Both the position numbers and the translations under genes were made by a program. Source: Candidatus Scalindua sp. (lineage in GTDB: Bacteria; Planctomycetota; Brocadiia; Brocadiales; Scalinduaceae). Taken from it: 32,000 bases of DNA. Below the pieces are notes generated by a model. That model saw nothing but the letters and a program-made list of their open reading frames with translations. It had not been told where the DNA came from and searched no databases. How positions within the stretch are numbered: position 1 is the first letter of the stretch; each line of letters opens with the position of its first letter. Location of the stretch: NCBI GenBank assembly GCA_031316235.1, contig JALDRA010000001.1:660001-692000 (forward strand). The letters run 5' to 3'. Shown here one piece after another: positions 8,440 through 16,093 of this stretch.

Positions 8440-9477
8440 TCAACCAGCAGGTACACCTGTCAACCTTCTTCCTTTTTTTCCTCTGGTCAGTTTCTCCAGC
8501 AGGCAGAACTGTTCCGGTTCTCCAATTACGGCCACCTTGTCTCCCACCTCTATAACGGTATCAGCTTCAGGGTTGAACAATATTTTTCCCTCTCTTTTTT
8601 TCAGGGCAATGATTATGACTCCCTTTTTCGTGCGAACATCTGCATCTTTGATTGTCTTTCCTGCCAGTAAGGAGCCCTCTTCAACAAGAACTTCCTCTAT
8701 CTGAATTTCCATGCTGCCCGTTTTTGCCGTCAACTCAAGGAAATCAACCACCGTGGGCTTAAGCACAGTATGGGCTATCCTGAGGCCTCCAATGTGATAT
8801 GGAGAAACAACCTTGTCAGCACCCGCCCGTTTCAGTTTGTAATCTGCACCCTCCTCACTTGCCCTTGCAACAACAAAGAGATCCTCTTTTAATCCCTTTG
8901 CACTGAGCACAACGTAAAGATTCTGGGCATCTGAATCAAGGACTGATATCAGGCCTTTCGCTCTCTCAATACCCACACTCTTGAGAAGTTCATCTTTTGT
9001 CGCATCCCCGTAAGCTATGATGGTATCGTCATCTGCATCATGCTCTTCCCTGAACTCCTTTTCCACAACTACAAAAGAAACCTTCTTCGCCTTAAATTCG
9101 CTGCAAATCACCTTCCCCATTCGACCGTAGCCGCAGACAATGTAATGATCCTTCAGTGACTCTAATGTTTTTTTCAATCTTCTTCTCCCGAAAACTTCCT
9201 GTATCTCACCTTCAAATATAGCCCTTACACCATTATTCACCGAATATCCGACGATACCCAGGCCCAGAAGGATAAGGACAATCGTAAATACCTTTCCCAG
9301 TTCTGAAAGGGGTTCTACCTCCTGAAAACCTATCGTTGAAAGGGTAATGATTGTCATATAGAGAGAATCAAAGATCTCCCATCCCTCAATAATAGTGTAG
9401 CCTGAAGTCCCCAACACGAAAACAAAGCCAAGGAGGATTATGGGCAAAATAAGCTTTTTTGATAAAAAGGATTGCAC
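8440..9477 (-). CDS. Two-TM ion channel with cytoplasmic RCK (TrkA-N plus TrkA-C) domains, with a non-canonical pore filter
   Basis: The N-terminus is TM-pore helix-TM. A Rossmann motif (IVCGYGRMG) and a C-terminal TrkA-C-like region follow. The filter reads TIGFQE instead of TVGYGD. Confidence 0.75.
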   Translation of the reverse strand: MQSFLSKKLILPIILLGFVFVLGTSGYTIIEGWEIFDSLYMTIITLSTIGFQEVEPLSELGKVFTIVLILLGLGIVGYSVNNGVRAIFEGEIQEVFGRRRLKKTLESLKDHYIVCGYGRMGKVICSEFKAKKVSFVVVEKEFREEHDADDDTIIAYGDATKDELLKSVGIERAKGLISVLDSDAQNLYVVLSAKGLKEDLFVVARASEEGADYKLKRAGADKVVSPYHIGGLRIAHTVLKPTVVDFLELTAKTGSMEIQIEEVLVEEGSLLAGKTIKDADVRTKKGVIIIALKKREGKILFNPEADTVIEVGDKVAVIGEPEQFCLLEKLTRGKKGRRLTGVPAG

Positions 9478-9559
9478 TGTTTTGCACTAAGGTTTAAAAA
9501 TTAAAAATAAGGTAATATGCCTGGACAGATCGTACAGACATCAGAGCACCGATTCTCTT

Positions 9560-9702
9560 TATACTCGTCTTATAATGGTTTTCGGATAAACTCCGGGAAA
9601 AAACGGAGCGGGGAAAGTCCTCGGCGCCTGGTTTTGCCCGGGGATACCATTAACCAGGCTCTGGTTTTCAGAAAAATCTAAAACCATATCGGTTTCAGTA
9701 TA
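9560..9702 (+). repeat. Family-1 repeat, copy B+ (full length)
   Basis: It is collinear over 143 bp with copies C and D. Confidence 0.9.
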
Positions 9703-9799
9703 TCTTGTCTGAAATTACTATAATCACCGTGAGAAGTCAAGGCTTCAGTTATAACGGAGACAGTTTTCAGAATAAAGTATGATTCTGGAAAAAATCCTT

Positions 9800-9912
9800 T
9801 TTTACCGGAAACTAAATCCTGATGAAGGTATCCCCGGACAAAAAGCGCCGAGGACTTTCCCCGCTCAATTTTATCTCGGATTTTATCCGAAAACCATCAT
9901 GAGATGAGTATA
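9800..9912 (-). repeat. Family-1 repeat, copy B- (right arm truncated), inverted relative to B+
   Basis: The reverse complement reads TATACTCATCTCATGATGGTTTTCGGATAAAATCCGAGATAAAATTGAGCGGGGAAAGTCCTCGGCGCTTTTTGTCCGGGGATACCTTCATCAGGATTTAGTTTCCGGTAAAA. The inner boundary is approximate. Confidence 0.8.
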
Positions 9913-10087
9913 TTCAACCGTACCCTCGATACCGAAGGCCGGAAGTAAGAAAGCGTTTTCCATGATCTGACTTTTTGGGTAAATCCTGTTTTCCTCGTCA
10001 TACTAGCTGGTAGTAAAACGGAGAGGGGATGTTTTCTTGCATGAGACAATAGGAGATCTCTGGTATACCGTAAGCTTCATTCTGATC

Positions 10088-11464
10088 TCATGTTCCAACC
10101 ACTTTCAGTTGCCTCCATTTTCCACTTCGATATCTCAGGTAAAAGGTTGCTGCAATAAATGGTATCGTAAAAACAACTCCCATCCAGGTAATTTCTGGTG
10201 ATAAATGTAAAACGCGAATCATCACAACAGCTTCCGCTGCAAGCAGCCAATGAAAGGAAACTGATATGATCATGGCCCAGAATGTATCACCAGACCCGCG
10301 AAGGGCTCCGGAGTAAACAAGTGCAAATCCATCAGCAATCACATAAACAGCAATCATTCTGACCATGTACTCAGCCAATTCAGAAAAGTTTTCTGCCGAC
10401 TCAGGGTCTGAGAGAAATATAGACACCAGATGTCCTGGAAAAAGAACGAACAGCCCCAGCATTAAAACGGCATAGACACTGACCATTTTCAAACCGGATT
10501 TTGTCGTTCGATGTGCGTAGTCTGTCAAGCCAGCTCCCATATAACGACCTACCAGGGAGGTCACCCCGATATTCACCCCAATCAAGGGAATATATGACAC
10601 AAGATCCCAGTTAAAGGCAATGGTGACAGAGGCTGCCACTTCGAGACCATAGGAATGGAAAAGCAGAACAATCAGATCAAATGCCATCAAATTTAAAAAA
10701 AACTCCAATCCACCCGGGTAACCAAAGCGCAGCAGCTTTTTCATTATGAGCCAGTCAAAACGAAAGCTTTTTGAGATCTCAAAATTTCTGTGGCCTTTGT
10801 GATAAAATATATATCCTGCAATGACAACCATAAGTCCGCATGTACTGCCAATAATGGTTCCAATTGCTGCTCCCCTGATTCCCATAGCCGGGAAACCACC
10901 TTTACCCAGAATTAACAGGTAATTGACAACGACATTGATCGACATGGTAATGAGGGAAGAGATCATGACGATTCGGGTTTTTCCGATTCCACAGAAAAAT
11001 CCATTCAGGCTGTTTCTTACAATACCCAGGAAAGTACCGAACATTAGAATATCAAAATAGACTTGAGCGAGATCCTGCTGTACCGGACTATGACCAACAA
11101 TTTTAAATAACCCGTGCCCGATGGGGATACAGGCCAGCATGACAGGATAAGCCAATACTGAGATAATTACCGCCTGGAATACTACAACCGCACAGTTTTT
11201 CTCCTGGCCGGCACCGAAATATTGGGCTACCAAAGGGGTCACATATCCCGTTAACCCGATAAAAAACGTCATAAACATGAAAGCAGTCAAACCGCCGCTC
11301 ATCGAAGCTGCCATATGCGTGGGGCTTACCTGGGAAAGAAAAAGTCGATCGGTAAACAGCATGACGGTTTCACACGCTTGAGAAATCACCATGGGCATTG
11401 CGATGGCCAGAAGCTGCAAAATTCCACCCGGTCCGCTTACATATTTCTTCAAAGAACGATTCAT
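10088..11464 (-). CDS. MATE family efflux transporter
   Basis: It is a 458-aa, roughly 12-TM protein with a NorM/DinF-like N-terminus (LLAIAMPMVISQ...LFTDRLFLS). Confidence 0.85.
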   Translation of the reverse strand: MNRSLKKYVSGPGGILQLLAIAMPMVISQACETVMLFTDRLFLSQVSPTHMAASMSGGLTAFMFMTFFIGLTGYVTPLVAQYFGAGQEKNCAVVVFQAVIISVLAYPVMLACIPIGHGLFKIVGHSPVQQDLAQVYFDILMFGTFLGIVRNSLNGFFCGIGKTRIVMISSLITMSINVVVNYLLILGKGGFPAMGIRGAAIGTIIGSTCGLMVVIAGYIFYHKGHRNFEISKSFRFDWLIMKKLLRFGYPGGLEFFLNLMAFDLIVLLFHSYGLEVAASVTIAFNWDLVSYIPLIGVNIGVTSLVGRYMGAGLTDYAHRTTKSGLKMVSVYAVLMLGLFVLFPGHLVSIFLSDPESAENFSELAEYMVRMIAVYVIADGFALVYSGALRGSGDTFWAMIISVSFHWLLAAEAVVMIRVLHLSPEITWMGVVFTIPFIAATFYLRYRSGKWRQLKVVGT

Positions 11465-11509
11465 TGAAGATTCTCTTAAAAAAATTGTTGTTAAGATTAT
11501 TTGCTGTTG

Positions 11510-11773
11510 AGCAGTTGAACCAAAACCGCCGACATACCGGCCGCGCTGATTTTCTTAACCGGAACTTGCCCGTATATACTCATCTCATAATGGTTTTCGG
11601 ATAATATCCGAGATAAAATTGAGCGAGTAAGGTCCTCAGCGCTTATTGTCCGGGGATACCATTAACCAGGCTTTGGTTTTTAGAAAGATTTAAAACCAGA
11701 TCGGTTTCAGTATACTTGAAGGTTACGGAATTATTACCGCAATGCAGTAGATGGGTACTACTCGTTCAACCAC
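11510..11773. repeat. Family-X element, copy X3, split by the family-1 copy C insertion
   Basis: The left part is AGCAGTTGAACCAAAACCGCCGACATACCGG...AACCGGAACTTGCCCGTA and the right part is CTTGAAGGTTACGGAATTATTACCGCAATGCAGTAGATGGGTACTACTCGTTCAACCAC. Both align to contiguous X1 sequence. Confidence 0.75.
11575..11714 (+). mobile_element. Family-1 repeat, copy C (full length), inserted inside family-X copy X3
   Basis: It is a 140-bp copy. Its flanks (11510-11574 and 11715-11773) rejoin to give a complete family-X element, and TA dinucleotides sit on both junctions. Confidence 0.85.
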
Positions 11774-11833
11774 AATTTAATTGCCGCAGTGATGTGGATG
11801 TCAAAGTAAAGCAGACGTAATACTGGTTATCCT

Positions 11834-12598
11834 TCAATGGGTAACCGGGAGCTCTCTTTGCTCATCCTCAGGAGATCCTCTACTACCGCCTCTGGTCAGA
11901 GATCTGGTTGATAAGCCCTTCCCGGGTAAATGCAGTTGAAGTGAAAAACGCAGGTATTTGATCACACGATTGTCAGCAAGATACTTTTTCTCATAATCTG
12001 TTTTGATGTACAGATCCTCATGCCGTTTTTCATCAGCATACACATTGTCTATCTTTTCCTCAATAATACATCTGTTTTTGATTAATGATTTGAGACTGAA
12101 ATCGAAAAAGGGATTTGAATCTGTTTTAAGGTGGATTGGTGCTCCCTCCCTGATCACACTTTTATATAGAGCCAGATATCGATCAGCAGTGAGCCTTCTC
12201 TTAGATTTGCTTCTCTTCAAAAAAGGATCGGGAAACGTTATCCATATCTCCCCGACTTCCCCTTCCGCAAAATAGTGGGCAAGGCTCAAAATATCTATAC
12301 GAAGAAAAACAACATTCGTTAAACTGCGCTGTTGTGCTGCAACACATCCACACCACAGACGTGAACCTTTCACATCAATACCGATAAAATTTCTATCAGG
12401 ATATTTCTCCGCAAAAGCCAGGGTATATGAACCTTTCCCACACCCCAGATCTAAGGTTACAGGATTATGGTTCCCGAAGTAATCTTCTGCCCATGTTCCA
12501 TGAAATCGAAAACCCTTCTGTTCTGGATGTTCCGTACGTTGTATAATATTTTCAAAATGCGCAAGTTCACTGAACTTGCGCATTTTGTTACTTCCCAC
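11834..12598 (-). CDS. trmB: tRNA (guanine46-N7)-methyltransferase
   Basis: It carries the SAM-binding motif LDLGCGKG and the TrmB motif ITFPDPF.K....KRRL. A roughly 35-aa basic C-terminal tail lies beyond the usual domain. The start could be Met6 at 12583. Confidence 0.85.
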   Translation of the reverse strand: MGSNKMRKFSELAHFENIIQRTEHPEQKGFRFHGTWAEDYFGNHNPVTLDLGCGKGSYTLAFAEKYPDRNFIGIDVKGSRLWCGCVAAQQRSLTNVVFLRIDILSLAHYFAEGEVGEIWITFPDPFLKRSKSKRRLTADRYLALYKSVIREGAPIHLKTDSNPFFDFSLKSLIKNRCIIEEKIDNVYADEKRHEDLYIKTDYEKKYLADNRVIKYLRFSLQLHLPGKGLSTRSLTRGGSRGSPEDEQRELPVTH

Positions 12599-12766
12599 AG
12601 TACATTCCTATGTATTTCTCTACAAATGTAAAAACTCTCGCCACCGGTGCCGGTCAGCAAAAAAAAAAACGGTGCTCAATAGCTTTATGGAAACAATGTC
12701 ACGAGAGAAAGAGATACGGTTAAGTCAAAGAATATTAAAAAAAACAGATTGATACCTTACTAGTAA

Positions 12767-13210
12767 TCAGACCCTCTCAGCATCCATTATCTTGTCAACA
12801 CGCCGTGCGTGCCGGCCACCTTCAAAAGGGGTTTCTATCCAGAGCTTTATCTTCTTTTCCAATAACCCCTGATCGACTACGTCTGCACCAAGACACAACA
12901 CGTTTGCATCATTGTGCCTTCTGCTCATCTCTACCGTATGAAGATCGTGGCATGCGGTCGCACGTATCCCCTTCACCTTATTGGCTATCAGTGACATTCC
13001 CAACCCTGTCCCGCAGACCAGAATAGCTCGATCACTCTGTCCTTTGGATACTGACCTGGCAGCCTCAATTCCATAATCAGTATAGTCAACAGAGTCCGAT
13101 CCGTTCGAGGTTCCGCAGTCAACAATCTCATGACCCAGTCCTGCAATAAACACCCCGATTTTGTTTTTAAATTCAAATCCCCTATGATCTGAGGCTAAGG
13201 CTATCTTCAT
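12767..13210 (-). CDS. rpiB: Ribose-5-phosphate isomerase B
   Basis: MKIALASDHRGFEFK and ILVCGTGLGMSLIANK are RpiB/LacAB family motifs in a 147-aa product. Confidence 0.9.
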   Translation of the reverse strand: MKIALASDHRGFEFKNKIGVFIAGLGHEIVDCGTSNGSDSVDYTDYGIEAARSVSKGQSDRAILVCGTGLGMSLIANKVKGIRATACHDLHTVEMSRRHNDANVLCLGADVVDQGLLEKKIKLWIETPFEGGRHARRVDKIMDAERV

Positions 13211-13901
13211 GTATGCACCTGCTTATCCTTTCTTCCTGAATAATACCATGACGAATAATTTCAAACGTTTCTCTATACACCTTTACTACAGTTGATGGTT
13301 TTTTTAGTTGTGTTGGCCCGTCGTCAAGGACCAAATCGATCTTGTCACCAAGATAAGCTGCTACCTGTTGAGCATCAATGGCCGGTTGGCTCCCTGAAAT
13401 GTTTGCACTTGTAGAGGCAATGGGAACCCCTGCACACCTGATGATATCTCTTATCACCCGGTTATCCGGATTCCTGAACCCAATGGTTGTCATATCAGGG
13501 AGTAGCAGGACAATAGTAAGAGGGCCCGGCCAGAAGAGCTTCATCAGCTTTTCGGCAGCTGGTGGTAACTCTCTCACCCACTCCTTTACCGCTTCTGAAT
13601 CCGTAACCATGATAGCCATCTTTTTCTCTTCGGGCCTCTCTTTCACCCTGTATAAGTTTTCAATTGCATCTCTGTTATGTGCATTCACACCGAGACCATA
13701 GAGTGTCTCCGTAGGAAACGCCACAATCCTGCCTGCAAGCAAGGCCTGTACAGCCTTTTCTATATTTTCAGAATAGGAGTCTCGATCTTGTAGATCCAGG
13801 ATCTGTATACCCAAAGCATCATTACTCGACAAAATTTTCTTTCCCAAAAAAACAGTACCCTTAACTGCTGGTTGAACGAAAACTTCCCGGTTACAAGGCA
13901 T
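13182..13901 (-). CDS. tsaC: L-threonylcarbamoyladenylate synthase (YrdC/TsaC type)
   Basis: It has the YrdC domain motif PTETLYGLG and a later SANISG motif. It overlaps the rpiB start by 29 nt. The annotated ATG and first 12 codons lie inside repeat X2, so the real start may be an internal TTG. Confidence 0.75.
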   Translation of the reverse strand: MPCNREVFVQPAVKGTVFLGKKILSSNDALGIQILDLQDRDSYSENIEKAVQALLAGRIVAFPTETLYGLGVNAHNRDAIENLYRVKERPEEKKMAIMVTDSEAVKEWVRELPPAAEKLMKLFWPGPLTIVLLLPDMTTIGFRNPDNRVIRDIIRCAGVPIASTSANISGSQPAIDAQQVAAYLGDKIDLVLDDGPTQLKKPSTVVKVYRETFEIIRHGIIQEERISRCIHEDSLSLRS

Positions 13902-13990
13902 GCCGATTTCCCAACCCGAATGCAGTACCGTTGCTGAGGATTACGGAGTTGTTACAGCAGCACAGGAGAAAGTTATTTTCATTCAACCTT
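13867..13990. repeat. Family-X element, copy X2 (diverged)
   Basis: GCTGGTTGAACGAAAACTTCCCGGTTACAAGGC...CTGAGGATTACGGAGTTGTTACAGCAGC...AGTTATTTTCATTCAACC is collinear with X1. Confidence 0.7.
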
Positions 13991-14215
13991 CAACTATAGC
14001 ATTTGCAAAATACAATATCAATATTTAAGTACCCCCGAGTACCCGGTCAAACCCGGAAACACAACCGTTCCCGGGTTCACCGTTCCGGGTTATCATTCTT
14101 TATAACTCGGACTTCGCAATCCAATGATGATCCCTGAATCTTTGAACAGAAAACGGCTGAAATTTCATAGTTCATTTTGCAATTGAATAGACACCTTCTC
14201 ACACTCCTTTTCACC

Positions 14216-14244
14216 TTGACAAAAAATATGCAAGCTGTTAGAGT
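14216..14244 (+). promoter_or_regulatory. Putative sigma-70 promoter of the S55-peptidase/propeller operon (TTGACA-17-TAGAGT)
   Basis: It has a consensus -35, a 17-nt spacer and a TAnnnT -10, about 30 nt upstream of the ATG at 14274. Confidence 0.45.
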
Positions 14245-14273
14245 TAAATTCTCCACTAAACAATTGTAAAAAT

Positions 14274-16091
14274 ATGAGACAGAAAACCTCTCTTTTCCTT
14301 ATGTTCATCTGTTTTCTCTCCTTATCCCCGGTTGTTGCGGCAATGGGGATAATGGACGTAGACGAAATCTCTCCCGGTATGAAGGGATACGGGAAGACCG
14401 TTTTTTCCGGCAAAAAGATAGAGATTTTTGATGTAGAGATCCTGGGGGTTTTGAAAAATTGGGAAGCCAGAAGCGACATGATCCTCATCAGGATGTCGGG
14501 CGGCCCTTTGAACAGGACAGGAATTATATCAGGAATGAGCGGAAGCCCCGTGTTCATTGAGAACAGATTGATCGGTGCTGTCTCCCATGGCTGGAGCTTT
14601 GCAAAAGACCCTATCGCGGGAGTAACCCCCATAGGGGCAATGCTCGATGTCCTCAAAATAGAATCACAGATTGATGGTTCAACCCTTGTGAACAGTAACA
14701 ATGACTGGAGTGTACCAGCAGATACCCAGGACCCGGATACCGTCAACCGGTTGCTATCCCATGGACCGTTGTTCAAAAACAGACTGCCCGGAAAACCCTC
14801 CTCTCAAAGCCAATTTACCATAGACCTTGTTCCCATTCACACCCCATTGATGGTGTCGGGTTTTGACAGCAGGAGTTTGAGAAGCTCCAGCCGGCTCTTC
14901 AATGAATTCGGTTGGTTCCCCTTTCAGGTGAATCGGGAGGAGTCAAGTGATGCTGCAGACCTCCAGGGATTTACCCCTGGAGCCTCAGTCGCAGTTGAAA
15001 TAATCAGGGGGGATTTAAGTGCTTCTGTAATTGGAACTCTCACGTATCGGGAGGGGAATGACATTCTGGCATTTGGCCATCCTATCGTTCAGGTTGGCAC
15101 CACTGATCTGCCGATGTCTACAGCTCACGTTTATACGATACTGGCGTGCCAGTCCGGCTCGGTGAAGATGGCGGTTCCTGAAAAAATTATCGGCAGCATT
15201 CGACAGGACAGGAAGCCCGCAATTGCGGGGAAGATCGGCACATTCACCCGGATGATCCCCTGTCAGGCGGAGATCAGGGGCTCTTTAGATACCACCTACA
15301 ATTTTGAGATTGTCCATGACAGGCTTTTGACACCGAACCTTTTCCAGATGGCAGTGGAGAGCGCTCTGCTCGCTACCGAAAAATCTATCGGTGAGAAGCT
15401 GATGGACCTGAAGCTCGATATCGAAATAGCTGACAGACACAATCCCATAACGATTCAAAATATCTTTTTTGATCCGGGGCCTTTGTGGTTCCAGATACAC
15501 AATGTTATTCAGCCTATTGCCTCCCTTATGAGCAATGAATTTAAACCGGTTACCATCCAATCGATAAAGCTGTCAGCGACCATTCTGGAAACGGAAAACA
15601 CTGCCTCCATCGAAAACATACGGGTAAGCAATAAATGGGTTGTTCCCGGAGACGAAGTGCTCCTGCACGTGAGAGTAAAACCATATAAACAGGAGGATGT
15701 CACTCTTCCTGTAACCGTGAAAATCCCGGAGAATGTACGTCCGGGAAGTACAATAAAGATAACCGTGAGCGATGCCGGTTATAGTGAATTACTGGAGAAA
15801 GATTGTGCGCCGGGCCAACTGATACCGAAAAATTTTGAACAGTTGGTGCATTCCATTGAAAACGGAAAAAGCAACCAGAGTATAATGGTAAGAGTGCGGC
15901 TCAATAAAAAAGGATTAACCTATATGGGGGAAGACTTTCCCTCACTTCCCAACTCACTCCTTAATATCATGGCTCTATCCAACCAGAGCGGTGTAATGAG
16001 TTTACAGAGTGATATCGTGAAACAGATTGAGACTAAGTGGCTTGTTACGGGTAATGAATCCATCCATTTATTTGTAGAGAACGAGAGTTAA
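14274..16091 (+). CDS. Secreted peptidase S55 (SpoIVB-like serine protease) domain protein
   Basis: It has an N-terminal signal peptide (FLMFICFLSLSPVVAA) and the serine-protease motif GMSGSPV as in SpoIVB, followed by a long C-terminal region with no domain I recognise. A near-consensus promoter lies upstream. Confidence 0.5.
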   Translation: MRQKTSLFLMFICFLSLSPVVAAMGIMDVDEISPGMKGYGKTVFSGKKIEIFDVEILGVLKNWEARSDMILIRMSGGPLNRTGIISGMSGSPVFIENRLIGAVSHGWSFAKDPIAGVTPIGAMLDVLKIESQIDGSTLVNSNNDWSVPADTQDPDTVNRLLSHGPLFKNRLPGKPSSQSQFTIDLVPIHTPLMVSGFDSRSLRSSSRLFNEFGWFPFQVNREESSDAADLQGFTPGASVAVEIIRGDLSASVIGTLTYREGNDILAFGHPIVQVGTTDLPMSTAHVYTILACQSGSVKMAVPEKIIGSIRQDRKPAIAGKIGTFTRMIPCQAEIRGSLDTTYNFEIVHDRLLTPNLFQMAVESALLATEKSIGEKLMDLKLDIEIADRHNPITIQNIFFDPGPLWFQIHNVIQPIASLMSNEFKPVTIQSIKLSATILETENTASIENIRVSNKWVVPGDEVLLHVRVKPYKQEDVTLPVTVKIPENVRPGSTIKITVSDAGYSELLEKDCAPGQLIPKNFEQLVHSIENGKSNQSIMVRVRLNKKGLTYMGEDFPSLPNSLLNIMALSNQSGVMSLQSDIVKQIETKWLVTGNESIHLFVENES

Positions 16092-16093
16092 AA

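Noticed and set aside
12651-12669. An A11 run (T11 on the minus strand) with adjacent CACCGGTG/CCGG palindromes between rpiB and trmB, considered as an rpiB terminator.
   Set aside because: I could find no stable hairpin immediately upstream of the T-run on the minus strand, and the CCGG palindromes have loops too short to fold.
14165-14776. A 203-aa minus-strand ORF overlapping the 5' part of the S55-peptidase gene.
   Set aside because: The plus-strand frame has a signal peptide, the GMSGSP motif, a consensus promoter and 605 aa of open frame. The antisense ORF has no recognisable features.
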